A stretch of DNA of 64,000 nt. Origin: an uncultured Alphaproteobacteria bacterium. Lineage in GTDB: Bacteria; Pseudomonadota; Alphaproteobacteria; JALCBB01. How positions within the stretch are numbered: position 1 is the first letter of the stretch; every line of letters begins with the position of its first letter. The DNA lies in the NCBI GenBank assembly GCA_958267355.1, contig OY279575.1, positions 1,758,295 through 1,822,294 on the forward strand. Reading direction: 5' to 3'. Made by a program: the position numbers and the translations under genes. This document shows, piece by piece, positions 48,295 to 58,574 of this stretch. The notes beneath the pieces are model-generated. The model made no database searches, had not been told where the DNA came from, and saw nothing but the letters and a program-made list of their open reading frames with translations.

Positions 48295-48821
48295 GGTTCG
48301 CTTGCCTCCTGTAGCGGAGCTTTACGCCTTGTCCGTAGAAGCAGGAAGGCTAAAGCGGCAGTGGCACAGGCTGAATAGACCAAGTTCCAGCCCGCAATGG
48401 AAAGCCCAAGGAAAGTCCAAGGAGCTAAATCACAACGCACAGGCTTGCGCTCTAAGATGTCAGCAAAGGCACTGCCCGCTTGGCTCAAGTCCAGAGACGG
48501 ACTCGCACAGACAAGCACGGGAATAACTCCCGCTTCGGTCAAGACATGCCACAGAGCTAATCCCGTAGAAGCAAGCAGGGCAATCAAGGCAATAGACAAA
48601 AACACAAGGGCAAGGCGGGTTCGTGCCTGCAGATGAAGCAGATTTCCTGCCGCAACTACGCCTGCGGCTAGGGCTGTCATATGGGCGTAGCGTTGCCACC
48701 AGCACAGGCGGCAGGGTTCAAGTGCCAAGTGTTGCTCAAAGTAGAGATAGGCGGCGAGTAGGGCTATGCCCGTGGCTAAGACCACGAACAAAGCCGCAGG
48801 AAGTAAGGGATGAGCTTGCAT
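48291..48821 (-). CDS. dsbB: DsbB-family disulfide bond formation protein B
   Basis: Four TM segments. LEPCRLCWWQRYAHM (CxxC-like pair in the first periplasmic loop). Confidence 0.6.
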   Translation of the reverse strand: MQAHPLLPAALFVVLATGIALLAAYLYFEQHLALEPCRLCWWQRYAHMTALAAGVVAAGNLLHLQARTRLALVFLSIALIALLASTGLALWHVLTEAGVIPVLVCASPSLDLSQAGSAFADILERKPVRCDLAPWTFLGLSIAGWNLVYSACATAALAFLLLRTRRKAPLQEASEP

Positions 48822-48850
48822 CAGGGCGATTATACAGCGGGGCGTAGCTT

Positions 48851-48962
48851 AAACAGGCTAGGCAGGGCTAGGAAGGCTAGGCAGGGTAAAAAGGCTAGGA
48901 AGGGTAAAAAGGCTAGGAAGGGTAAAAAGGCTAGGCGGGGTAGGTTAGGGCTAGGCAGGATA
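48851..48962. repeat. Tandem repeats (GGCTAGGAAGGGTAAAAA units) between dsbB and the DedA-like gene
   Basis: Direct reading. Confidence 0.8.
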
Positions 48963-48975
48963 AGGCGGGGTTAGG

Positions 48976-49713
48976 TCAGTGTAGAAGCAGCAGGACAAGC
49001 CCAAACACCACCGCCAAGCCTGCCAGCGAAACCCAAGGCAAGTGGCTGTCAATAAAGCGGCGCACGGAATCGCCCCAGATACGCAATAGAATCGCTTCTA
49101 TGTAGAATCGCGCTCCGCGTGAGAGGAGAGAAAACACCACAAAGGTCAGGAGCGGCATACCTGCCGCTCCACTGGATAGAGCTATGACCTTGTAGGGAAA
49201 GGGGGTAAATCCGCCCATAAAGACAAACCAAGCCCCCCAATCGCGGTATAAGGCTCGGGCTTCGTTAAAACGCTCTGTAACGCCCAGAGCGTTGATTAGA
49301 GGCAAGGCGAGCGACTCATAGGCCCACACCCCCAGGAACCAGCCAACAAGCCCTCCAGCGACAGATGACAGCGTGACAATCGCGGCAAAAAACAGGGCGC
49401 GTTTGGGGCGTGCTAGGCACATTGGCAAAAGCAGGGCTTCGCAGGGGAGAGGAAAGAAAATTCCCTCTATGAAGGAAAGCCCGCCCAGCCACCAAGAAGC
49501 CCGTGGCGAAGCACTGAGCGATAGGGTGCGATTCCACAGGGAATCCAAAAGCCCCCGCAAGGAATCAAAGCGCAAGGAACTAAAGCGCAAAGAACCAAAG
49601 CGCAAAGAAGTAAGGCGCAAAGAAGTAAGGTGAAGGAAGGCGAAAAGCCCGCGTTTTTTCTGGTGCTGGTCTGGCGGTGGCGGCGGTAAATCCGCTTCAG
49701 GGGCAGGAGTCAC
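48976..49713 (-). CDS. DedA/YqaA-family membrane protein with repeat-encoded N-terminal extension (LTSLRLTSLRFGSLRFSSLRFDSLRG)
   Basis: ..YRDWGAWFVFMGGFTPFPYKVIALSSGAAGMPLLTFVVFSLLSRGARFYIEA. Confidence 0.6.
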   Translation of the reverse strand: MTPAPEADLPPPPPDQHQKKRGLFAFLHLTSLRLTSLRFGSLRFSSLRFDSLRGLLDSLWNRTLSLSASPRASWWLGGLSFIEGIFFPLPCEALLLPMCLARPKRALFFAAIVTLSSVAGGLVGWFLGVWAYESLALPLINALGVTERFNEARALYRDWGAWFVFMGGFTPFPYKVIALSSGAAGMPLLTFVVFSLLSRGARFYIEAILLRIWGDSVRRFIDSHLPWVSLAGLAVVFGLVLLLLH

Positions 49714-50693
49714 TTCTTTGACTCATCGTTGTTGTGCCCGTTGCCCTGTCCGTCTCCCTGTCCGTCTCCCTGTCCGTCTCTGTGCCCATCGCTGTGCCCG
49801 TTGCTGTTGGGAGCTTCCAGCACCGCGTTTTCACGCCGCGGAATCGCCACCGCATGCAAACCCCCATCAACATGCAAAACTTCGCCCGTCACCCCTTCGG
49901 ATAAAGACGAAACCAGATACAAAGCACTTCGCCCCAGCTCGTGCGACTCGGGGTTATGTTTGAGCAACGCATTCGCCGCCGACCATGAAAAGATATAGCG
50001 TCCCGACGATATAGCCGCACCCGAAGAAGTCCGCACAGGACCCGCAGAAATCGCGTTAATGCGAATTCCCTTGCCGCCCAAATCCGCCGCCAGATAGCGC
50101 ACACTGGCTTCTAAGGCAGCTTTGGCGACTCCCATAACATTGTAGTTGGGTACTACGCGTTCGGCTCCGAGATACGATAAAGACAAGATCGCGCCGCCAG
50201 CTTGCATATACCCTTCAGCCGCCCGTGCCACTTCGGTCAGGCTATAACACGAAATTTCCATCGCCTTGCGGAAGTTTTCAGCAGAGACACGCATATAGTC
50301 TCCCGCTAGGTCATGGCGCACAGCTCCCGCAATGGAATGCACCACGAAGTCTAGCCCCGCCTGCCAATTGTCGGTCAAATGCTGAAAGACTTGCGCCGCC
50401 GAATTTTCCTGGCTGACATCACAGATCAGCGGCGGCTGATTGGATACAGGTTCAATAATTGGCGCAATCCGCCCCGCTAAAGTTTCATTCTGTGCCGTGA
50501 AGGCGAGTTCAGCTCCCGCCGCATGCAGGACACGAGCCACACCCCAAGCAATGGAGTGGCGATTAGCCGCTCCCATAATGACTCCCCGCTTGCCCTTGAG
50601 CAGTGGGCCTGGGTCAAAGTCTAAAGGCGTTTCTTCAGACACTTGTTTGCCTTCGCTTAAATCTCCGCCGCCTTGCGGAATAAGAGCGAACAA
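49710..50693 (-). CDS. fabI: Enoyl-[acyl-carrier-protein] reductase (NADH) FabI, with repeat-encoded C-terminal tail (DGQGDGQGDGQGNG)
   Basis: KGKRGVIMGAANRHSIAWGVARVLHAAGAELAFTAQNE..SYLGAERVVPNYNVMGVAKAALE. Confidence 0.9.
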   Translation of the reverse strand: MFALIPQGGGDLSEGKQVSEETPLDFDPGPLLKGKRGVIMGAANRHSIAWGVARVLHAAGAELAFTAQNETLAGRIAPIIEPVSNQPPLICDVSQENSAAQVFQHLTDNWQAGLDFVVHSIAGAVRHDLAGDYMRVSAENFRKAMEISCYSLTEVARAAEGYMQAGGAILSLSYLGAERVVPNYNVMGVAKAALEASVRYLAADLGGKGIRINAISAGPVRTSSGAAISSGRYIFSWSAANALLKHNPESHELGRSALYLVSSLSEGVTGEVLHVDGGLHAVAIPRRENAVLEAPNSNGHSDGHRDGQGDGQGDGQGNGHNNDESKK

Positions 50694-51913
50694 TTCGTGC
50701 CGCCAAAGCCAAACGAGTTAGACATTGCTAGCTTGACCTCTCGGCTTAGAGCCGCTCCACGGACAAGCGGAAATTTTTGCGCTATCGCATCAGGCGAGTC
50801 CAAGTTCGCTGTCGCCGGACAAAACCCCCCACGCATCGCCAAGAGCGAAATTACTGCTTCAATGGCTCCTGCTGCTCCTTGGGCGTGTCCTGTGAGCGAC
50901 TTGCTGCTGCTAATCGGCGGCGACTGCTCAGGACTGCCAAAGGCTTCAGCAATTGCTTCTAGCTCAATTCCGTCTCCGACTTTGGTGCTGGTGCCGTGGG
51001 CGTTGATGTAGTCAATGGTTTCGCCATCTTCTAAAAGGTTAATTGCCTGTTTCATGCAGCGTGCTGCTCCTTCCCCCGATGGAGCTACCATATCGGCTCC
51101 ATCGCTGGTGATACCGCCGCCTAAGAGCTCTGCCCAGATGGTGGCTCCGCGGGCTTTTGCTCGCTCCCAATCTTCAAGGAGCAAAACCCCCGCCCCGCCC
51201 GAAATCACAAAGCCATCGCGTCCCGCATCATACGGACGACTCGCCGCTTCCGCCCGATTGTTATAGCCGCTGGATAAAGCCCCCATCGCGTCAAACAGCA
51301 TAGAAAGGCTCCAGTGCAGGTCTTCGGCTCCGCCTGCCAGCATAACTTCGGCGTCTCCGCGGCGGATATAATCCGCCGCCACAAGAATGCAGTGCGCTCC
51401 CGTAGAGCAAGCAGACGAAATGGAAAAACTCGGCCCGCGTACCTTCAACGCTGTCGCCAAGTTCGCGGACACAGTAGAAGACATACAACGCGGCACCATA
51501 TACGGCCCGATCTTTCGTGTACCTCCTGACTCGGCAAGAATCCGTGCTGCTTCCACCTGATTAGAAGTGCTTGGCCCACCCGAGCCCATCACCAAGCCCG
51601 TTTTTTCGCTTTCAACTTCGTTTGCTTCGAGTTCTGCGTTAGCGATTGCTTGTTGGGCGGCGATGTATCCGTAGCCTGAGCCTGGGCCCATGAAGCGCAA
51701 AAGCCGCCTGTCTATGTGGTCGGACAGGTCTAAGTCAATGGCTCCTTCTACATGGCTACGAAACCCGCGTTCGGCATATTCAGGAGCAAAACGAATTCCG
51801 CTTGTTCCTTGGCGTAGGGCAGTTTCCACTGCTTGGCAGTCATTGCCAATAGACGACACCACGCCCACACCCGTGACTGCAACACGGCGAGAAGAATTCG
51901 CTAAGTCGGTCAA
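50657..51913 (-). CDS. fabB: 3-oxoacyl-[acyl-carrier-protein] synthase I
   Basis: RRVAVTGVGVVSSIGN.. KAS fold with active-site Cys (SSACSTGAHCI) and HGTSTKVGD. Downstream of fabA in the same operon. Confidence 0.85.
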   Translation of the reverse strand: MTDLANSSRRVAVTGVGVVSSIGNDCQAVETALRQGTSGIRFAPEYAERGFRSHVEGAIDLDLSDHIDRRLLRFMGPGSGYGYIAAQQAIANAELEANEVESEKTGLVMGSGGPSTSNQVEAARILAESGGTRKIGPYMVPRCMSSTVSANLATALKVRGPSFSISSACSTGAHCILVAADYIRRGDAEVMLAGGAEDLHWSLSMLFDAMGALSSGYNNRAEAASRPYDAGRDGFVISGGAGVLLLEDWERAKARGATIWAELLGGGITSDGADMVAPSGEGAARCMKQAINLLEDGETIDYINAHGTSTKVGDGIELEAIAEAFGSPEQSPPISSSKSLTGHAQGAAGAIEAVISLLAMRGGFCPATANLDSPDAIAQKFPLVRGAALSREVKLAMSNSFGFGGTNCSLLFRKAAEI

Positions 51914-52455
51914 GATTCTTCCACGGGCAAAGCCGCGCCTTCAGGAACCACAATGACTCGCAAGTCTTCTGCACGATAGACAACTTTTCCGTCGGCTTCT
52001 ACTTCTCCATCGGCAAGGATAACCTGCGCCCGCCGCAAAATCCGCTTCGGATGCACCCGATAGACCAACTGCTTAACCGCAGGCGTAATCTCGCCCAAAA
52101 ACTTAATGCTTCCTGTGCCCAAAGCTCTACCGCGTCCCTTGAAGCCAAGATAGCTCAAAAAGAAACCTGACAACTGCCACAAGCCATCAAGCCCCAAACA
52201 GCCTGGCATAATCGGATCATCACGAAAGTGACAAGCAAAGTACCAGTGCGAGTCCTTCACCTCGGTTTCTGCTATGGCTTCGCCTTTGCCGAATCGTCCG
52301 CCTGAGTTGTGCATATAGGTTACTCTGTCTAGCATCAGCATTGGCGGCAAAGGCAAACGCGGAGCATTGCCACCAAATAGCTTTCCTTCGGCTCCGCGAA
52401 TGAGTTCTTCATACGAGAAGCTGACGGGCTTGTCTGCGGGAGTGGTCTGGTCCAT
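51910..52455 (-). CDS. fabA: 3-hydroxydecanoyl-[ACP] dehydratase/isomerase FabA (start at MDQTT, Met29 of ORF 51910..52539)
   Basis: SHWYFACHFRDDPIMPGCLGLDGLWQLSGFFLSYLG. Confidence 0.9.
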   Translation of the reverse strand: MDQTTPADKPVSFSYEELIRGAEGKLFGGNAPRLPLPPMLMLDRVTYMHNSGGRFGKGEAIAETEVKDSHWYFACHFRDDPIMPGCLGLDGLWQLSGFFLSYLGFKGRGRALGTGSIKFLGEITPAVKQLVYRVHPKRILRRAQVILADGEVEADGKVVYRAEDLRVIVVPEGAALPVEES

Positions 52456-52544
52456 AGGGCAAATATACAGGAGACGAAGGATAATAACGCAGTCTAAGGG
52501 AATCCAAGGGAAGCTATGCAGAATCCGCGCAAAATTCACGCAGA

Positions 52545-52810
52545 ATCCCCGCAGAATCTTGAGCAGAATCCTAAGCAGAATCCTAAGCAGAATCTATGCG
52601 AATTCAAGAAAACTCGCAGAAAGCCCAGAAAATCCTAGAAAACCCACAGAAAGCCCAAGAAAACTGCCAAAAAGCCTAGAAAACTCCCAGAAAAGCCCCA
52701 AAAACTTAAGAAAACTGCTGAAAAGCCTAGAAAACTCCCAGAAAAGCCCAGAAAACTCCCAGAAAAGCCCCAAAAACTTAAGAAAACTGCTGAAAAGCCC
52801 GACAATCAAC
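52545..52810. repeat. Tandem ~10-12-bp repeats (CAGAATCCTAAG; GAAAACTCCCAGAAAAGCCC) in the fabA-irr divergent intergenic region
   Basis: Direct reading. The 52367..52906 ORF is a translation of it. Confidence 0.8.
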
Positions 52811-53041
52811 TCTGCGCTAATAGGGCTAAGACGAATTCAAGGACGAATTTTGCCGAAAATGAATCTAACAACTGCTCAAATCCGTAAAAAAACCTTGAAA
52901 ATATAGTAATATGGAGAAAAAAAGATTTTTTTGTCAAAAAAAAGTCTTTTTTATTCCAATTCGCCCCAATTTCGGCTATACTGGCTTCCATAACCAAGCG
53001 ACGCATAACAATTCCGATCCCTTCCAAGCAGGAGACCAAAA

Positions 53042-53512
53042 GTGGAAGAAACCGCCAAACTTGCTGCTGCCCAAACCGCCGCTGCTGCCCTAAAAGAGCT
53101 GCTCAAAAAACGCGGATTGCGTCCCACCCGCCACCGCATGACCGTCGCTTTGTTGCTCTTTCCCAACGGACCACAGAATGTGATCCCCCGCCACTGTACG
53201 GCGGAAGAAATCCACCACGCTGTGCAAAACAGCGGAACCCAGATGTCACTGGCAACTGTCTACAACACGCTTAACCAGTTCAGCCAGTACGGGATCCTAC
53301 GCAAAGTCTCAGGCGGAGCAAACTGCTCATTCTACGACACAGTCACCGAGCCCCACCACCACATCTACCACGAGACCGAAAACCGCCTGGAAGATGTATC
53401 TCCGCACACGCCTGAATTTCAATCCATTGCCGACACGCAACGCAAGCTTGCGCCCAACTCCAACGTTGAGGTGATGGTGCGCGTATCCCGCCCCACAAAA
53501 ATCGCTTCCTAA
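53042..53512 (+). CDS. irr: Fur-family iron response regulator Irr
   Basis: RGLRPTRHRMTVALLLF..ATVYNTLNQFSQYGILRKV..EPHHHIYHE (HHH motif). Conserved position divergent from fabA-fabB-fabI as in other alphaproteobacteria. Confidence 0.75.
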   Translation: MEETAKLAAAQTAAAALKELLKKRGLRPTRHRMTVALLLFPNGPQNVIPRHCTAEEIHHAVQNSGTQMSLATVYNTLNQFSQYGILRKVSGGANCSFYDTVTEPHHHIYHETENRLEDVSPHTPEFQSIADTQRKLAPNSNVEVMVRVSRPTKIAS

Positions 53513-53560
53513 CTTTTTTACGCACCCTTGCGGGCGCTCTTGCCGCATCTCGCCTGTCTT

Positions 53561-53935
53561 CTAACTACCCTGATTCCTAAGCCGCAAAAAAATGGGTCAG
53601 GGTTAGTCTTTACTTCAACATTTAATTTACGCACCCTTGCGGGTGCTCTTGCCGCCTACGGCGGCGTCCGCTTCGCTCCGCTCGTTTCACTCCGCTACGC
53701 TTGCGCTCGTGCGCTACGCGCACTCGGTGGGTCTTCATCTCTAAGGTTGGGAAAGGGCAAGCCGCTACTTCCCCGTCTTCATCTTACTGGTGGGTTAAGC
53801 CTTTATAGGGCTTCATCTCAAAAATGGGCAGTGGCTCAATTAGCCCTGTATTGAAACTATGGGGCTTAACGGCTGGTGGGGGCATAACACTTGGCACGAA
53901 TGCCGCACCGCAAGGTGCCCGCTACTTCTGCCGTC
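53561..53935. mobile_element. Composite A/B repeat element between irr and the TPR gene (A at ~53561-53625, hairpins, B at ~53836-53920)
   Basis: Same module order as 17199-17810. The 53528..53854 ORF (LIPKPQKNGSGLVFTSTFNL) is its translation artefact. Confidence 0.5.
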
Positions 53936-53978
53936 TAGCTATAAAATTAAGGATTAAACCGCTTGAACGCACAAGCCC

Positions 53979-55031
53979 CTAACACTGCAATTCATCCTTA
54001 AAACCTCTAACCCCAGACAAAATCTCATCTTCAATAGCCTGCGAAAGCTCCATGCGAGCCAAAGATTCTTCAAATAAAGATTCAGACCGCCTAAGCTCGC
54101 GACAAGTGCGACTATAATCTCCCCTATAGCCAGCCACGCCAGCAAGACCAAAATATCCAATCGCAGATAACATCTTGTTATCTAACTTATCACTCAACTT
54201 CACAGATTTTTTGAAAAACTTTCCCGCCTTAATCCAATCACTCCGTATCACCTCTACGCCACCAAGGAAAAAATACGCAGCTACCAGCCTGTCTTCATCT
54301 CCATTTTCTTCGTATAACTCAAGAGCCTTGTCAATAAATGACTCTGCTTCCTCAAGCTCATCTTCATCCGCTTCCTCAAATACAGTCCCACCAACAGCAA
54401 TTAACGCAAGCCCCGCATAACTGTCAGCAAGCTCTCTTTTATAGTCCAAAGATTCACTAATCTCCCGCGCACGGCGAAACAACTTCTCCGCATCCTTCAC
54501 AGAACCCGAATTTACCTCCAAAGTCCCAAGCAAATTGTAAGTCTCCGCCATTCCTTTCTGATCACCCAAAGCGTCATACAGGTCTAGTGCCTGTTGATAC
54601 AGATCCTGCGACTCGTCAAGGTTTGCACTCTCGTACCCAATCGTCTCAAGAGCAGACAATCCCGAAACAACAGTGCCAATCTTATTGTAGCTAGCCGCAA
54701 TTCCCCCCTTGTCATCTAAACCTTCGTAAAGAGCTAACGCCTCTCTATGATGCGACTCTGCTTCATTAAAATAGTTGTGTAGTACCGCAATATCACCAAG
54801 AAAATTATGCGTCTCAGCAAGGTGACTCTTAGCATCAGACGCTTCAAAAAGCGGAACCGCCTGAAGATACGCTTCCTTGGCTTCGTCAAGCCGCCACGCC
54901 TTGTGGTGCTCGCGTGCCGCCTCGAAAAGAACAACAGGATCTTCTTGAGCAAACGCAAAACGCGCCGCTCCAAGCGACAACACCACGCCCAAAGCAAGGA
55001 CAAAAACAAAAAGAAAGCTACGAACCATCAC
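53979..55031 (-). CDS. Tetratricopeptide-repeat protein with signal peptide
   Basis: MMVRSFLFVFVLALGVVLSLGAARFAFAQ. Repeated A-x-x-Y-x-x-A-L-x-L-Y / E-A-x-x-x-F TPR-like units. Confidence 0.6.
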   Translation of the reverse strand: MMVRSFLFVFVLALGVVLSLGAARFAFAQEDPVVLFEAAREHHKAWRLDEAKEAYLQAVPLFEASDAKSHLAETHNFLGDIAVLHNYFNEAESHHREALALYEGLDDKGGIAASYNKIGTVVSGLSALETIGYESANLDESQDLYQQALDLYDALGDQKGMAETYNLLGTLEVNSGSVKDAEKLFRRAREISESLDYKRELADSYAGLALIAVGGTVFEEADEDELEEAESFIDKALELYEENGDEDRLVAAYFFLGGVEVIRSDWIKAGKFFKKSVKLSDKLDNKMLSAIGYFGLAGVAGYRGDYSRTCRELRRSESLFEESLARMELSQAIEDEILSGVRGFKDELQC

Positions 55032-55081
55032 GGCAACATAGCACAGATCTACAAAATCATACCTGTTTTTAAAAAATCAGG

Positions 55082-55954
55082 TTAAGAATAACTTTCCTTC
55101 TGCGCACTAACCAGCAGGCGGAGCCAGGCGGGGAGGTGGGAGGACTCGCCTCGGCGGGCAAACATAGTCGCTACGCCAGTCGCCGCATCACGACGCTGCT
55201 CCGCATCTTCAGGATCAAGACCTAAGCACAAAGCATAGTTAGACACTATCCTGCCCCAATTGCGACGCACAGAACCATTCGCAACCCGTCCAGAGTGATA
55301 CACCGACTCAAACGCCATACGCTGTCCGTCTTGTCGCCGCGCCGCTTCCACAAATGACGGAAAACCACGCAACGATCCCGTCGCATAGTATATGTCAGTC
55401 GCCACAAGACGCTGCCCGTCCGTTAGCCCGTGCCAGTGCGCTTCGCCTATCACTCCAGCCGCCGCTTCTGCTCGCTCAAGAATCTCCAACGATAAACGCT
55501 CGCGAACCCACGACAAAGGCAATTCCAAGTCAGTACAATCACGCCAGTCAGATGCTTGACGGACACTAGCCAAACCTTCCGCCGCCGCTTCACGCAAAGC
55601 TGTCCAAGCCGCTCGCTTTTCTGCCGTGTCCGCCGCAATGCCCGCTCCACGCCGCTCAAACGGCAAAGATGTAAACGATTGCTCGTCAGAACACAAAAAG
55701 CCCACTCCCACTGTCACCAAGCCCTTCGTGTCAAGATACGGATGCAAGACCACTCCTTCATGACGCTCAAAGTGGCGGATGGCCCGCGTTAGTGCCGCTC
55801 CGTTCATAGTTAGTGTGCTAGTTGGGGGAGGGGTGGGCTTTGCCGCTGATTGGGGGGTAGGGGCAGGTTCAGGGGTAAGGGTAGATTTCGGCTTCATAAC
55901 AGACTCCACGATACGCAGTTTCGCAACTCCCATAGTAGGAATTGAGACTTTCAC
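55082..55954 (-). CDS. Lysozyme-like (GH24/phage-lysozyme-like) domain protein with Pro/Thr-rich N-terminal linker (start uncertain)
   Basis: IRHFERHEGVVLHPYLDTKGLVTVGVGF resembles the E-G-x5-Y-x-D-x-x-G-x-x-T-I-G-x-G catalytic region of GH24 lysozymes. Confidence 0.4.
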   Translation of the reverse strand: MKVSIPTMGVAKLRIVESVMKPKSTLTPEPAPTPQSAAKPTPPPTSTLTMNGAALTRAIRHFERHEGVVLHPYLDTKGLVTVGVGFLCSDEQSFTSLPFERRGAGIAADTAEKRAAWTALREAAAEGLASVRQASDWRDCTDLELPLSWVRERLSLEILERAEAAAGVIGEAHWHGLTDGQRLVATDIYYATGSLRGFPSFVEAARRQDGQRMAFESVYHSGRVANGSVRRNWGRIVSNYALCLGLDPEDAEQRRDAATGVATMFARRGESSHLPAWLRLLVSAQKESYS

Positions 55955-56095
55955 TCCCCATTTTCAAATTTTTTCTCGCCCTTACACGCCTTATCCGCCT
56001 TACACGCCCATAAGCCGCCAATGCCGCCAATTTCATCTCCCCCTATACTCGCCTTAATACCCCCCCATAGCCCCACAATACTCCCACGCCAAAAC

Positions 56096-56510
56096 CCGCT
56101 TATATCTTCACGCTAAAACCCGCTTATATCTTCACGCCAAAAGCCGCTTATATCTTCACGCCAAAAGCCGCTTATATCTCCACGCCAGAACCCGCTTATA
56201 TCTCCACGCCAAAAGCTGCTTATATCTTCACGCCAGAACCCGCTTATATCTCTACGCCAAAAGCCGCTTATACCCCTACGCCAAAACCTGCTTATACCCC
56301 TACGCCAAAAGCTGCTTATATCCCTACGCCAAAAGCCGCTTATATCTCTACGCCAGAACCCGCTTATATCTCTACGCCAGAACCCGCCTATAGCCCTACG
56401 CCAGAAGCCGCTTATACCCCTACGCTAAAACCTGCTTATATCCCTACGCCAAAAGCCGCCTATATCTTCACGCCAGAACCCGCTTATATCTCTACGCCAA
56501 GCCACGCCGC
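56096..56510. repeat. 24-bp minisatellite x ~17 (CGCTTATATCTYCACGCCARAASC)
   Basis: Period 24 measured between successive CGCTTATATC occurrences. No intervening unique spacers. Confidence 0.9.
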
Positions 56511-56726
56511 TCAGCCGCTAAAATAGCCACAGAGACGCTAAAACAGCCGCTCAGATGCTCACAGAGACGCTAAAGAGACGCTAACAAGAATGTGGTAGGC
56601 TCGTAAAAGCCCCCCTGAAATACTTTATGGCTTCTAACCCCTCCCTGTCGCCTCCACAGGTGCCATAGGAGAGGACAAGCAACAACGCAATCCCGTAAGC
56701 CCCCGCTTCAGCCCCGTTCAGCCCAG

Positions 56727-58574
56727 ATGTCCGCTAAAGACCCCATCCACAGTGGCGAGCAAAACCCCGCACTCGCCGCTCGCGGCGGAGCTTCCGCCAC
56801 GCTCACAGGTGCGCCAGAGCGAGTGTTTCTTTTTGACACTACGCTCCGCGACGGAGCCCAGACCCGTAGCATAGATTTCACGCTCGTAGATAAAGTCCGT
56901 ATCGCCCGCGCCCTGGACGCGCTAGGCGTAGATTACATAGAAGGCGGATGGCCAGGCGCAAACGCCATAGATGACTCCTTCTTCGCCGACCCGCCAGAGC
57001 TCAAGAACGCGCAACTCACCGCCTTTGGAATGACACGCCGTAGCGGCCGCTCCGCCGACAACGACGAAACCCTGCGCGCACTGCTCAACGCTAAAGCTCC
57101 CGTTGTTTGCATGGTCGGCAAAGCCTGGAAATACCAAGCCGAAGAAATACTAAAAGTTTCAGGCGCAGAAAATCGACGGATGATTTCCGAAAGCCTCGCC
57201 CTAATAAGCCGCCACAAAAATGAAGTGCTTTTTGATGCCGAACATTTCTTCGACGGCTGGGCCGATGATCGCGATTTCTCCCTGTCGTGCCTAGAAGCCG
57301 CGCTAGAAGGCGGAGCCGACTGGCTTGTCCTATGCGACACCAATGGCGGAGTTCTGCCCGAACGTATCGTAGAAACCATCCACGAAGTACGACAAGCCCT
57401 GCCCGAAGCCAAACTAGGAATTCATCTCCACAACGACACCGAAACCGCCGTCGCAGGAAGCCTTGCCGCACTTACCGCAGGTGTCAGACAAATCCAAGGC
57501 ACCTGCAACGGATTCGGCGAACGCTGCGGCAATGCAAACCTAATCTCGCTCATCGGCTCGCTATCACTAAAAACACGATGGCAAACACGGGTAACACCAG
57601 AACGCTTGCAGAGACTCAGCGAAGTCTCAGGGCTTCTAAACGAACGAGTCGGTAGACTTCCTGACCCAAGTGCCGCCTATGTCGGCGTACAAGCCTTCGC
57701 CCACAAAGGCGGATTACACGCCTCAGCAGTCGCTAAAGATCCGCGGTCTTACGAACACATAGAACCCGAATGGGTAGGCAATCGCCGCGAAGTACTAGTC
57801 TCAGACCAAGCAGGACGAGCCAATGTACTCACCCGATTACGACAGCTCGGTATGGAAGTAGATGACAAAACCGCTTCCCTAAAAGATCTTGTCAAACGCA
57901 TCAAAGAACGCGAAGCCGCTGGCTATTCATACGAAGGCGCAGATGGCTCGCTGTGGGTACTAGCACAACGTTTCTTACACAATCGCTCCGAGCCGTTCTT
58001 GGTGGAGCGGTTCCGCCTAATCAGTGAGCGAAGACGCAACGCTCTAGGCGAGCAAATCACCGAAAGCGAAGCCACCGTATCACTCATCGTCGGTAGCCAA
58101 GAACAGCAAATGACCGTAGCACTCGGGCAAAGTGGACCCGTAGATGCACTCAATCGCGCTTTGCGTAAAGCACTTCTGCCTATCTTTCCAAGCTTAGAGC
58201 CTATGGTCTTGAGCGACTATAAGGTGCGGATTTTAAACTCCAGTGATGGCACGCGAGCCACAACCCGTGTCCTGATAGATTGGACTGATAACGAACTGGA
58301 GTGGACAACGGTTGGAGTCTCTCCGAATATACTGAACGCTTCTTTGGAAGCCATCGTAGACGGAGTCTTCTGGCGACTCTTCTCTGCCGAAGATGCAAAT
58401 AAGGTAGGTAAGGTAGGTAAGGTAGGTAAGGCAAAGACAGCAGGCGTAGCAGGCACAGCAAGCAAGGTAGCTAAGGCAAAGACAGCAGGTACAGCAAGCA
58501 AGGCACAAGCCGCCCACGCCAAGAGCAAAAAGACAAAAGGCAGACAAGAAAAAGCAAACGTTTCCGTTGCGTGA
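56727..58574 (+). CDS. cimA: Citramalate synthase / LeuA-family (CimA-type) with repeat-encoded basic C-terminal tail
   Basis: VFLFDTTLRDGAQTRSIDF..HLHNDTETAVAGSLAAL..LeuA-allosteric-like C-domain. Tail KVGKVGKVGKAKTAGVAG... Confidence 0.65.
   Translation: MSAKDPIHSGEQNPALAARGGASATLTGAPERVFLFDTTLRDGAQTRSIDFTLVDKVRIARALDALGVDYIEGGWPGANAIDDSFFADPPELKNAQLTAFGMTRRSGRSADNDETLRALLNAKAPVVCMVGKAWKYQAEEILKVSGAENRRMISESLALISRHKNEVLFDAEHFFDGWADDRDFSLSCLEAALEGGADWLVLCDTNGGVLPERIVETIHEVRQALPEAKLGIHLHNDTETAVAGSLAALTAGVRQIQGTCNGFGERCGNANLISLIGSLSLKTRWQTRVTPERLQRLSEVSGLLNERVGRLPDPSAAYVGVQAFAHKGGLHASAVAKDPRSYEHIEPEWVGNRREVLVSDQAGRANVLTRLRQLGMEVDDKTASLKDLVKRIKEREAAGYSYEGADGSLWVLAQRFLHNRSEPFLVERFRLISERRRNALGEQITESEATVSLIVGSQEQQMTVALGQSGPVDALNRALRKALLPIFPSLEPMVLSDYKVRILNSSDGTRATTRVLIDWTDNELEWTTVGVSPNILNASLEAIVDGVFWRLFSAEDANKVGKVGKVGKAKTAGVAGTASKVAKAKTAGTASKAQAAHAKSKKTKGRQEKANVSVA

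Noticed and set aside
52367-52906. 179-aa ORF rich in SQKSPKNLRKLLKS
   Set aside because: Translation of the fabA-irr intergenic tandem repeats. It overlaps the fabA 5' end.
56096-56510. Possible CRISPR array (regular 24-bp periodicity)
   Set aside because: Units abut directly with no unique spacers. Variation is point differences within the unit only. No cas genes. It is a minisatellite.
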